A stretch of 63,890 nt of DNA, counting the filler, from Atractiella rhizophila (Eukaryota), in NCBI GenBank assembly GCA_021432655.1. It is 5 parts of 5 records of this genome, joined end to end, with 100 filler letters (N's around TTAATTAATTAA, not from the genome) between each part and the next. Parts side by side here need not be neighbours in the genome. Positions count along the whole stretch, not along the records: positions 23,651 to 53,643 come from MU271380.1; positions 53,744 to 59,551 come from MU271385.1; positions 59,652 to 62,661 come from MU271389.1; positions 62,762 to 63,890 come from MU271492.1; 1 more part is not named here. One strand, 5' to 3'. The notes below the pieces were generated by a model, which was given only the letters and a program-made list of their open reading frames with translations, made no database searches and had not been told where the DNA came from. This document shows, piece by piece, positions 52,687 to 63,890 of the stretch. Every line of letters begins with the position of its first letter. The first letter of the stretch is position 1. A program made the position numbers and the translations under genes.

Positions 52687-53423
52687 TAAGGCTCCCATAC
52701 GGGGTGCCCGTGGCCCGTACGGGGAAACCCGTGCGGGGTTTGAGGTTTAAAAAGTCAACCCATCCCCTTCCCTCCCCCCGTAGGCGCACCCCGTGACGGG
52801 GAAGGGGAAGGGGACCCTGCGGGGAAACCGCTCTCGGGTACCCCGAGGGATCAGACCAATGAGATAATGGATAATAATTGTACGCAAAATAATCAGCACC
52901 AGACATGAGATTGACGATTGGTTACGTCTTCAACTGCCGTCCCTCTGTTGTCTCTTTTCCCGATTCTGCTCCAACCTATCCACCCTCTCCTCCTTTAACA
53001 TTTGAACCATTTCCTTAAGTGGCGGGAGCACTTTAGCTTCATCCCAAAGACGGAGCATCATTTGAGAGCGAAAGGTCACATCTGACATGGAGAGCCGCAA
53101 ATAAGATGCAATCTGGCGTCCATCTGAGAACTCGCGTTCAACATCGGTGGAGGTTGCTAAGAGACAGGTCTGAAAAAATTGAGGGCTTACTGTGGCGGCT
53201 GTTCCTGCTCCTACGCGCCATGCGTCACATCGGATTGAACCACGCACTGAACCATGCGGAGATCCACATCCACAAAAGAATTTTTTGAGAAATCCTCACC
53301 TCATCCCCGTACCCGCACCCCGTACTGGCGGTCCCCGTGACCCCGCGGGTAAACCCCGTAAGGGGAAGGGGAAGGGACGGGCCAGAGGGATCCCGCGAGT
53401 TGTCAGCCCGTGTGGGAGCCTTA
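52687..53423 (-). mobile_element. non-autonomous, internally deleted hAT DNA transposon (737 bp)
   Basis: TIRs TAAGGCTCCCATACGGG / CCCGTGTGGGAGCCTTA and a perfect 8-bp TSD CTCGAGAT (52679-52686, 53424-53431). It has subterminal CCCGT/ACGGG repeats and an internal hAT dimerisation-domain remnant ATSTDVEREFS. Confidence 0.93.
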
Positions 53424-53643
53424 CTCGAGATTACCTTGAATCTGTATTTCCAGTGAACATGAACCTTGGTCTTGGTGGATTCAGATTTCAAGATTATAAC
53501 ACCGCTAGATGTCCGCTCTCAGGTGCACTTTGTCCTCCATCGATATCTCGCGCTCCGCATACGCACTTCGATCTCGCACCATCAGGAGCTAAAGCTATGA
53601 AGAATCACCGTTTGTGCACCCCCATGTGTGTTTAAATACAAAT

Positions 53644-53743
53644 NNNNNNNNNNNNNNNNNNNNNNNNNNNNNNNNNNNNNNNNNNNNTTAATTAATTAAN
53701 NNNNNNNNNNNNNNNNNNNNNNNNNNNNNNNNNNNNNNNNNNN
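53644..53743. other. artificial contig spacer
   Basis: N-run + TTAATTAATTAA + N-run. Confidence 0.97.
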
Positions 53744-53820
53744 CAAACATAACCCTAGTCGCCATCAATATTAAAGCAGTAAATAAACCAAGCACCTCTC
53801 CTCCAGACTCGCACATCGTC

Positions 53821-55641
53821 TCACTTTCTCCTCTTCACGCTCGGCGGATTAGGCCACACTCCATCCTCCTTAAACCTGTCTAACGTCTCTTTCAACACGT
53901 TCTCCTCCACCTTCGCATACTGCGGCTTCCATCCTGTGACCCTAGCGAGTTTACTTCCATCAAGAGCGATCGGTTCGTGGGATAACATCTCTCGTGGCAG
54001 GACGGGGGAGAGTGGTGTAGAAGCGATTGGCGGCTGAGAGGCTAGTAACATGTCTAGCCACGGACCCTGATGTTTGTCATTCGCTTCTTCCACCACTTCG
54101 TCCATGTTCAACTGTGCACACGACATCAGGTGGAGCATAAATATGGACTGAGAGAACAAACCTTGGCCAGATTGGAGATGAGTACGCCGTGGAATCCACT
54201 TGGAACGCCAACGAGTTTACTGACCAGTTTGCTCATCTTTTCCTGAGTCGTGTCGCCTTCGTCGACCACATTGAAGATTGGAGCTCTAACGGTCTGAGTA
54301 TTGTTGGGAAACCCAGGATCGTCGATTTCGATCTTGTAATTAGTCGGCTTCAGATCGTTCATCACCTCTTCCGTTATCGGGTGTGAAGAGTAATGTTGGG
54401 CGAGGGCGAGGACGGCGCCTCCGAAATCCAAAGAATGGACGGTGTGCATTCGGAGGGACGGTTCCCAGAGAAAGTCCATTTTCTCGTTCAGGTACTTGTA
54501 AACTTCGCCGATAAGTAGACGCGGGGTTACTGTTCATGCACATTCATCTCAAATTGGTTCGCGTGGAAGGGCGAAAGAAGACGCACGACCACCGACGATG
54601 TATGGGCCGTAGATGATTGCTGGCCGGACAAGGATGAGGTTTAGCCTACTCATTTCAGCGATGCGTCTATCAGAATCTCCACAAGTTGATGCCACAGAAG
54701 AGAAAGATAATAACACACCGAGGTATTGCAGCCAAACCCCTCGCAGCCTCATGCCATAACTTTCCCCTATCCGACCAGCATTCCGCGTCAGAGTCTTCCT
54801 TCACAGCTCCCTTCCCTGTTCCACCAGACATCATTCACAATACCAATCGTCCGCCATCAGCATCAAGTACGAGAAGGGTAGGTGATGGGATAGAGAAAGA
54901 GGCACCTTTCCACCGATAATAATAGGTGATCGGCCGTACATATACTTTTGGTCCTCCAGCCTCTAACGCCGCCTGTCCTAAGTGTCTGGCGAGGTGGACG
55001 ATCCGTTCGACGTGTACCTACACCATAACGCAGCATCAGATTCGGACTCGATCAACGCTCGCCCGATCAAGAATCGATGGAGACCTACGGATACCGGTAA
55101 ATCGAATCCTGTTGCGTCTTCAGACCCCGTGAAGTCAAACACCCAATCGTACGTCTTCCCCGATGCAGCATATTGGCTGGGGAGCTGAAAAATCTTCCTC
55201 CTCGTCTCTGTCGTGGAAGAAGCTCAGGACCCGTCGTTGCGCCATAAGGAGAGGAGACACTTACCTGGAAGTAGCAGGTTGCCTTGCATATACTCTAGCT
55301 TCCCTCCTCGACCATCCTCAAAGTATTTACGCGACAGCTTGTCGACGTAGGCCGTGTAGAGACCCTGTCCCCCATCCTACACCATCCAATACCCCATTAG
55401 CCATTCGTCTGCAACTGATGATATGCCCTGCAAGAAGAAAGAGGTGTGAAGCTGAATAAGCACCTGGGGTATGATGAGATACTTGTCGACTATCCTGATG
55501 TGCTCGCAGATTGGAAATATGCATGGAAGCAGTGAGAGAGCTGGAGCATGGGTGGGACGCGTTAGTCCGCCTGTTTAGCTGATCAGTTTGAATGCAGGTC
55601 TGGATAGGACACGACACACCGAGTATAAGGGCTGTAGGCAT
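53821..55641 (-). CDS. NAD(P)-binding Rossmann-fold epimerase/dehydratase-like protein
   Basis: MPTALILG|G, HIRIVDKY, EYMQGNL, YDWVFDFTG, LNLILVRPAIIYGPY, MHTVHSLDFGGA, PIFNVVDEGDTTQ and VVEEANDKHQGPW; multi-exon. Confidence 0.82.
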
Positions 55642-55885
55642 CCTGAGAGATCCTGTCCTCGATAGCCAGATGGTGGACGAAAGTTTAGCAACGACGCATT
55701 CCACCTCACCAATTTGAAACTGTCAGGAATCACGAACACACGCCACCGATCAACCAGCACCTCAGTCGTTCTCCCTTAAATTCGTGGGGTGGATAACCGG
55801 CCTATGTTGTTAGGCATGTCGGTTGTGTTGCCGCGGTGAGCAGGTCTTTGTTATCAGGCAGATTTTCGCTCTGGGATATGGAAAG

Positions 55886-58800
55886 GCGATGTCTCTTTGC
55901 CAGGAGTGCATCTGTGGAGCTGATGAAGTTGTCACTTCACTCACCGTATTGTGCTACTGCTTGATTGTGGATTACGCAATTGTGCATTCTGTCCGGGCAT
56001 TTATTTCTGTGTGAGTTAGCCAAAAGCTACAGTTCATAAGTTTATGGACAATCTGTATGTCAATCGAAATGACACCGCGAAGGAAGGGCGAGAGAAAACC
56101 TGGACCGCCCAGGGGTGTCCATGCATGAAAGGGAGGATGGAGTTAACAATCTCCCAATAAAAACTGCAAATTCAAACCTGATCAACTGAATTCATTTCCT
56201 TTAGAGCAGCTGCTGCCTATTTCTGTCAGAGATAGCATTTCACTTTATGAAGACCCTGTTATCCTTTCACAAGTGACTCTCAAAGAACGAGATGATGATT
56301 TTCCGCGAATTGTACGCTTGTACACTTCGACTTTCAGGTCAACGTCAGCACAACCATGCGGAGTTCTGAGTCGTTCAGCAGTCACTGCTCATCATTCTTT
56401 TGTACAAGAGAGGAAGCAAGAACGCCCCTCTACCGCGATTCCACGCTACCCATAGAGTCTTCTTGGCTCCCCCAATTCCTCTAACTGGGCCCGTTAGAGC
56501 TGGGTACCCGAGCGTGGAGCTTCGAGCGCTCTCCTTTTGCCTCGAAAGAGGTCGTGTTAAGCACGTGCTGTGCCAGAGATATTTCTTTCCCTGCTCTACT
56601 CTTGGATTGATGGATGGAAATGTAGACGTCGCATCTGCGTTGACTCCTCATGTCTAAAGCGTCGCTGTTAAGATGTAACCATGATGACAGCGAAGATCGA
56701 ACCCCGGGCGGTCAGCGCAGACCTGCTCTGGTTGTGAGAAACTTGGCGTAAGGGACCTTATCGGGAAATATCCAAAGATTCACTTGAAGAGAGTGATAGG
56801 ATTTCTAATTTCCTCCTTACCCCAGATAGAGTTGGGAAAGTAACTGAAAGATGCAGCATTAGAGCATGTTTGCTTCTTCCAAAGATGTGATGGTTTTGAC
56901 TACTTCGCGGTGTACGACTTTGAGCCCATCAGTGAAGGTTCATCGTACTTATATAACTTGTTGCTCGGAGAGAGAGGATGCGTTCTTCGTATCTAGACAG
57001 CTGAACTTGCATGATGAGCTTCTTGCCTGACTACACATACCTCTCAGGTAGTGTAATGCAAGCCTCTGATTAAGTTCTGTCTAACCTGTTTCATTTTCCA
57101 TGGACTGGCAGTTTCGTTTCTAGAAATACTCCTCAAGACCTTTACACCAATGATTTGATGTTCAAATGACACCAGCCGTCAGAAATTATCAACATATTAA
57201 TCAAACATGAGTTCCATGTTGCCCGCTACTATTCTATTTCATCTTCCGGGGCTTTTGCTCTGTCCTGCATGAAAGCCATCAAGCTCCAGTTGGGAGATTT
57301 CTTTTGTTCAGCTAACCTGTTAGAGTATACGGACATATCAATGTTATTTGGATCTTGTGAGTAAAACAAGCGGGATAGGCCCTATGCTAATCAGAATGCA
57401 AGTAAGTCTCAGGATTGGTTATCAGCGATGACTCGATGCCAGTGCATGGGTGGAGTTGATGAAGTTGTTACTTCACTCACCGTATTGTGCTACTGCTTGA
57501 TTGTGGATTACGCAATTGTGCATTCTATCCGAACATTTATTTCTGTTGTGAGTTAGCCAAAAGCTACAGTTCATAAGTTTATGGACAATCTGTATGTCAA
57601 TCGAAATGACACCGCGAAGGAAGGGCGAGAGAAAACCTGGACCGCCCAGGAGTGTCCACGCATGAAAGGGAGAATGGAGTTGACAATCTCCCAATAAAAA
57701 CTGCAAATTCAAACCTGATCAACTGAATTCCTTTCCTTTAGAGCAGCTGCTGCCTATTTCTGTCAGAGACAGCATTTCACCTTATGAAGACCCTGTTATC
57801 CTTTCACAAGTGACTCTCAAAGAACGAGATGATGATTTTCCGCGAATTGTACGCTTGTACACTTCGACTTTCAGGTCAACACAACCATGCGGAGTTCTGA
57901 GTCGTTCAGCAGTCACTTCTCGTAATTCTTCCTGAACGAGAGAGGAAGCAAGAACGCCTCTCTACCGCGATTCCACGCTACCCATAGAGTCTTCTTGGCT
58001 CCCCCAATTCCTCTAACTGGGCCCGTTAGAGCCGGGTACACGAGCGTGGAGCTTCGAGCGCTCTCCTTTTACCTCGAAAGAGGTCGCGTTAAGCACGTGC
58101 TGTGCCAGAGATCTTTCTTTCCCTGCTCTACTCTTGGATTGATGGATGGAAATGTAGACGTCGCATCTGCGTTGACTCCTCATGTCTAAAGCGTCGCTGT
58201 TAAGGTGTAACCATGATGACAGCGAAGATCGAACCCCGGGCGGTCAGCGCAGACCTGCACTGTTTGTGAGAAACTTGGCGTAAGGGACCTTATCGGGAAA
58301 TATCCGAAGATTCACTTGAAGAGAGTGATAGGATTTCTAATTTCCTCCTTGTCCCGGATAGAAAGGGGAAAGTAACTGAAAGATGCAGCATTAGAGCATG
58401 TTCGCTTCTTCCAAAGAGGTGATAGTTTTGACTACTTCGCGGTGTACGACTTTGAGCCCATCAGTGAAGGTTCATCGTACTTATCTAACTTGTTGCTCGG
58501 AGAGAGAGGATGCGTTCTTCGTATCTAGACAGCTGAACTTGCATGATGAGCTTCTTGCCTGACCACACATACCTCTCAGGTAGTGTAATGCAAGCCTCTG
58601 ATTAAGTTCTGTCTAACCTGTTTCATTTTCCATGGACTGGCAGTTTCTTTTCTAGAAATACTCCTCAAGACCTTTACGCCAATGATTTAATGTTCAATTG
58701 ACACCAGCCGTCAGAAATTAGCAACATATTAATCAAACATGAGTTCCATGTCGCCCGCTACTATTCTAGTTTCATCTTCCGGGGCTTTTGCCCCGTCCTG

Positions 58801-58949
58801 TATGAAAGCCATCAAGCTCCAGTTGGGAGATTTCTTTTGTTCAGCTAACCTGTTAGAGTATACGGACATATCAATGTTATTTAGATCTTGTGAGGCGGGA
58901 TAGGCCCTATGCTAATCAGAATGCACGTAAGTCTCAGGATTGGTTATCA
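55886..58949. repeat. head-to-tail tandem duplication of ~1.53 kb (55886-57424 / 57425-58949)
   Basis: Near-identical copies (roughly 95% or more by eye), differing mainly by transitions and small indels. No long ORF in either copy. Confidence 0.9.
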
Positions 58950-59551
58950 TTGATTTCATCACTGATTGGTGAACGAACGTAACAGGAGTATTGCCCAGCA
59001 CGAACGTTACGATCTTCCAGCAATAGCACTTGACCGTCGAGTTAGCTCCTATGGGATGCAACAGCATCCTTCTCGTAAATGGTTTTCCCCTGTACAAAGA
59101 GCCTGTTTTATTATTGTTACCTATATAGACGTAACTCATCCATCACTACCCTGCCCTGCCATCTGCAGGCAGTTTCAGTGTCAGTTTGAGTCTGAGAAAT
59201 AGCCTTCTTACCACATTCCCTAAACTCTGATAAGTGAGGAAGACAAAATGTCTTTCAGTCGTGGTGCTCGAGCTTTACGGCCACTGTCTAGAGGTGCAGT
59301 TTTGTGAGTCTGTAGTGACTTGCCATCTAAATTGCGCCCTGATGGCCACTTCAGCAGGCCGAAGCGTAACTTCGTCACAGCTGCTCCTTCCTCCCTTGTC
59401 CCAGTCGTCGATTTTGGCAAGGTATACACCTTCAGCCCGCTTTCAAAACTCATGGTCATGTTCTATATAAGTGCAGTTTTTGAATGGAAATGAGGCCGAA
59501 AAGTTAGAATCGGGTGCAGAGGTCTTGGACGCCTTCAAAAGTGCGTCGCTC

Positions 59552-59651
59552 NNNNNNNNNNNNNNNNNNNNNNNNNNNNNNNNNNNNNNNNNNNNTTAAT
59601 TAATTAANNNNNNNNNNNNNNNNNNNNNNNNNNNNNNNNNNNNNNNNNNNN
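59552..59651. other. artificial contig spacer
   Basis: N-run + TTAATTAATTAA + N-run. Confidence 0.97.
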
Positions 59652-60280
59652 AACAAAACACATTGAAGTCCACTATCATTACACTAGAGAAAAAGGTGTT
59701 AGACCAGTCCGTCCTCTTGAAATGGATTCCTACCAGGCAACAATTGGCGGACATCCTCACAAAAGGCCTGGCGGCGAACCTGCAGCTTCGTTTCTGTTTC
59801 CAGATTGGCTTGTTGGGAGACTCTGCAAGCGTGGAGTTCCTCGATCGGGACGTGGATGGACTTGGAGGAAATGGAGCAGTGTCGAAGTGAAGGGGGGTGT
59901 TAGAATTGGTGGTTTTTATTAGACGTTCTTATATGTTTCTTCCTCTTTGTCTTATTGTTGTAACGCGTCTTCCATATTTGTACATGATTGCGGAGTTTTG
60001 TGGTGTTTGTTTTATGTGGGCACTTCGCCACTTTGCCGGGACTATAAAAGACTTATCCTGTTTTCTTCAAATCTTTTCCCCAATCGATTTGCTTGTCATT
60101 TCACTGCTTACACTCAATTGGGGAAACCAGGTATGTTCATTACTTTATTCACTTGAAATACGAATCGATTTGCTTGTCATTTCACTGCTTACACTCGATT
60201 GGGGAAACCAGAGCAAATCCTTTCTCTTTGGGACATTAGTATAATATTTAATAATGAGTGACCAGCCCATTGCTTGAACA
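59652..60280 (+). mobile_element. Ty1/copia LTR retrotransposon 3' end (RNase H tail, PPT, 3' LTR starting 59898; LTR end uncertain)
   Basis: TKHIEVHYHYTREK/VLDQSVLLKWIPTRQQLADILTKGL (one extra A in an A-run), then polypurine tract GAAGGGGGG directly followed by TGTTAG. Confidence 0.88.
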
Positions 60281-61042
60281 CAAGAAGTTCAGTATTTATC
60301 TTGCTGATGATGAAAAGAAGCGCCAAATATCGAATTGTCAAGCCTGGCCTTAGGTAAATTCCACCTTGGCCAACTTCCAGGTTGAACGATCCATTTCATC
60401 ACTTCAAAACGCCATCAGAATACAACACCATTACACACTAACTCTCATTGTGATTTGATTCTCAGCTCCAACTCACCGATCTACTTTGAGGCGAAGTTCT
60501 CAAGCCTGGAAGCTGTGATACATCCTATCACAGTATTTTGGCAAGGACCCACAGGACGGTATGATGACAACGGAATGTTCATTCGTTCCTCACTACCTAT
60601 TCAATACCAAAGATAGGTGGGGAATAAAGGACAAAGCATTACTGAAGGCTTTTTCTGTGCCCCCAATAAGGTTTAGCTAAGGGTTATCTCGCTGAACCGC
60701 TCTATTTCGACGAAAAAAGGATCCCATGAACACTAAACAGGTTCCTGACACAATAAAGCGACGGGGACAAGAAATGTGAATCCTGGCCACAACTTTCAAT
60801 GGCAACTGGGAAGCAAGATGATCAGAAAGCTCTGCTTCAACACATTGAGATTGTGGCATACATCAGTTTGCTCCTTCGCTCTGCAGGCGATCATTGGAAG
60901 GGTGATGTGGATAAATAGTCGAAACCAACTCGTTTCCTCGAGGAAAGCCCGTGTTTTGAACTTGCTACACGCATTGACAATAATAGATTTGAAGACTTCA
61001 CAGCAACCACTGCACAGGGACCAACCATGCAAAAAGGGATTA

Positions 61043-62661
61043 TTAACGATTGAACAAGTCATTGTTATCGTTGATGAGTCTCAGTTCCTCTATTCGAAAA
61101 TCGTCACTGAAGACTGATACGTTATTCTCCTTGAGTGAAACCATGTTTCCTGCCTCTCCATAGCGGGGCCAATACGTATCCGTTGTTTCTGCCATCCCCC
61201 ATCAGACTTAGTTCACTCAGCTTCGGAGGGAAGACTGCTGACGGTGTTCCCAGCCATTAGGGTCGAGATGATATACAAAGCTCCTGCACCAATCTGTCAA
61301 TCCCGGGACATACCAAGGAAAGCTACACACAAAAAGTACTTGGCCATCGTGTCACTGAGCATCGGCCATTTCTTCCGTGCCTCAGGATCAAGCCACGTCA
61401 GGTCGCCATCGCTCCCATCCTCCTCAGAGAGGAGATATCCCCATGCATTCTCAACAAATTGCATGAACATACGACGCGGTGCATGGACGGTGATGTCAGC
61501 CACAAGAGATCTAAATTCCTCTTGAAGAGAACTGGAGTTTTTGGAATAAAGCGAATGGAGTTGATCAAAAATTGGTGCTAGCGGATCTGTCTCTCGACCC
61601 AATGTGACGAATTTGGATAGCTCAGCTTTCAGCGCATCTGGGGAACCAACAGTTGGCAAAATATATTGTGTCGACTCTCGGAATAAAGCTGGATAAAAGT
61701 TGGATGTGAACAGAGACGGTGAGTTGAATCACTCACAACCACAAAGCACAGGCACTGCCTTCCAGCTCCCGTCTCTTTTCATCCTAACGCTCGGTCGTTC
61801 CGTAATCCATTGCTCGTCAATATTTGGGTACCAAGGAATGCCCAGACCTCCTTCGTACATGCTATTGGATGCACCAAGTAGCACGTCGAACGAGGCGTCG
61901 TTCACACAATCCAACCAAGGCTCAACATGCTCACACCCTACCCTTACACCGAGGAGGTTGGATGAACGAAGGACAGTGTCGAGCCATGTGTTTGTAGGGA
62001 AGGAGGTAGGATAGCCAGATTGCATGATTGCTGATAATACATGATCAGCTAAGGAGCGAAGTGAAGAGTGGTCGCACCAGCTCGAAACAATTGCTCATCT
62101 TCTGAGAAGAGGAGATGGTGACCTATGCTTGCTGCCCCAGAATCTTGACCAATGATAGTTACCTGCAGGCAGTGGTAAGGACAGCTCAAAGACAGAAAGA
62201 AAAGCCACCTTCTCAGGATCTCCACCAAATTCTGCAATGTGATTCTTCAACCACCTTGATCACTTGTTAGCCTAGAAGTACTATGAATAGCTGCGTACCT
62301 TAACGCAGCACGCTGATCCTTCAGTCCCATACTGAGGTGCTCATTTGGCATTCCTCCAAAAACAAAATAACCATTTGCTCCGAGACGGTAACTGTGCCGA
62401 TTTAGATTAAGCACTCTGGCTGTGGAAACAAATCTGGACCATACTTCAAGGTTACTAGGATAGTTGGTAAGTTGACCTCGACGGATTTTTGCACCAAGCG
62501 AGCAGGATAGTGCGCTTTCCGCTTAGTAGACGTGAAAGCTACGTCGTCAAACCTGTCGACAATTCGGTACGGACTTCACAAGAAAGGAACGATAAAGCGC
62601 ACCAAACAAGCACTGGTAAAAGCTCTGAGTCTTCTGCTATCGCGGGGCGTATCACGTCGAG
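61043..62661 (-). CDS. type-B carboxylesterase/lipase-fold protein with degenerate catalytic motifs (5' end lost in spacer)
   Basis: LDVIRP...LPVLVW, YRLGANGY, MGLKDQRAAL, WLKNHIAEFGGDPEK|VTIIGQDSGAASI, LFRA|AIMQSG and YWPRY...DDFRIE. Confidence 0.85.
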
Positions 62662-62761
62662 NNNNNNNNNNNNNNNNNNNNNNNNNNNNNNNNNNNNNNN
62701 NNNNNTTAATTAATTAANNNNNNNNNNNNNNNNNNNNNNNNNNNNNNNNNNNNNNNNNNNN
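62662..62761. other. artificial contig spacer
   Basis: N-run + TTAATTAATTAA + N-run. Confidence 0.97.
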
Positions 62762-63890
62762 CTCGGCAGTAACACGTCGGCGGACGATCTTGTTTTCTCA
62801 GCATAGCACACGAAGCCAGGACATGCGCTGGAGAGGATAGGGAGAGGAAGTTTGCTTGTAGATGCTTCGCTCGAGGCTGCCATCGAAGTTGGAAGGGAAG
62901 AAATGAGTTCTTCCGACGCTTGATCGAGGACAAGAGAATGAGCGAATGTGGTATCTAACACCAGCCTGAACCTCCATCAGCTGTCGTTATTTCAGAACGA
63001 GAGGTTGAAAAACAGACCGGAACCCGAGCACGCTCTTGAAGAAATGTCGTATGCCATGAAGCGTCTGCCGCTTTGTAATTTTGTGGTAAGCAGCTAAGGA
63101 GGCGAGGGATTGAGGCGAGATGGTGACGACAGGGACTAAGTTCTAGAAGAAATCTCAGCATGGGCGCGAGCGGAAGTAACGGGCTGACATACTGGATTTG
63201 CTGACAGTGCGCGGAACACCTCTTCATGAGACTGCATGGAGACAAGGACGGATTCCGCTGAGGTTATGCAGCCACTGCGAGATAATAAAGGTTAGTCAGA
63301 TAAACTCAGTCTAAGAAAGATACTGTAATGGAGTGAAGGGTTTCACATCCAAGGTGTAGGAAGGAGGACGTCGTTCAGACACTGTTGTGATGAAAGACTC
63401 TCGTACTTCTGCACATCCAGACCAAGCTCTAAGGCATCAAACATCACGAGTAACTTGCACCTATTTTGAATCGAATCAAAAGGTGCAAGGTAGAATGAAT
63501 CAGCACGCAATTGCCATTACGTATCAGTATTCTTACAAAGAGCAGAACTTTTTTTCTGCGACAAAACTGATCATCTTCATATGTACCAATACTCGAATGA
63601 TACATAAGTGTCAACTAAGCATAATACAGCTATCGACTTCACTCTCACTCGATATCGCTAGCCTTTGGCTGCTACCAATTTTCTGCACTTCAACAAAGAA
63701 GACATACCTGCAAGCCAAACAATCGCTTAAACTGATTTCAGCTTTCTTCAGCTCCCCGACATCCTCCTCGACCCCAATCTGCACTTCTCCTGCCAAATTT
63801 GATGTCGCTTGCCCCTTCTTCACTGTTTGTACTGGCTTGATGCATACAGCTGAGGGAGTGAGGTAGTCAGATAGATCATTGACAGAGAGA
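62762..63890 (-). CDS. NAR1: cytosolic Fe-S cluster assembly factor Nar1 (hydrogenase-like), partial at both ends
   Basis: DLSDYLTPSAVCIKP, AEISLSDCLAC|SGCITSAESVL, SPQSLASLA, VLDTTFAHSL and LPILSSACPGFVCYAEKT. Confidence 0.93.

Noticed and set aside
56685..56730. tRNA-like GGGGTTCGATC on the minus strand (also ~58230)
   Set aside because: The T-stem pairs poorly and no acceptor stem, D-arm or anticodon arm can be built.
1..63890. CRISPR arrays, rRNA or prokaryotic operons
   Set aside because: This is eukaryotic spliced DNA, and I saw no regularly spaced repeats or rRNA-like sequence.

Overview
Intron-rich fungal genomic DNA, most consistent with a basidiomycete (short GT-AG introns with CTRAC/CTRAT branch sites, many microexons, DUF6533 and PL14 genes). 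It is five contigs joined by four artificial 100-nt spacers (N-run + TTAATTAATTAA + N-run), so linkage across spacers is not proven. I can support about 19 protein-coding genes. These include a BBE-like FAD oxidase, F-box paralogs, a CYP7/CYP51-clan P450, a homeobox factor, an FAD monooxygenase, a DUF6533 membrane protein, an ACS-family MFS transporter, NAS6, a metallophosphoesterase, a cytochrome b2-like enzyme ending in SKL, two single-pass membrane proteins, a PL14 lyase, an NAD-binding epimerase-like protein, a degenerate carboxylesterase and NAR1. There is also an internally deleted hAT transposon with TIRs and an 8-bp TSD, a Ty1/copia 3' end and two kb-scale tandem duplications. The most interesting signal is a PY-motif single-pass membrane gene (39.4-41.6 kb) that appears to have two, possibly three, mutually exclusive first exons. 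Exons A and B are both 158 nt, paralogous and phase 2, and would splice to a shared 18-nt microexon and a constant TM/cytoplasmic exon. A younger 5'-partial duplication at the window start may show the same process in progress. Several unusually long introns carry internal splice signals and interrupt cofactor-ligand motifs (CYB2-like, NAR1). Several frameshifts sit in homopolymer runs and may be sequencing errors. All exon structures were derived by eye, with no database searches.
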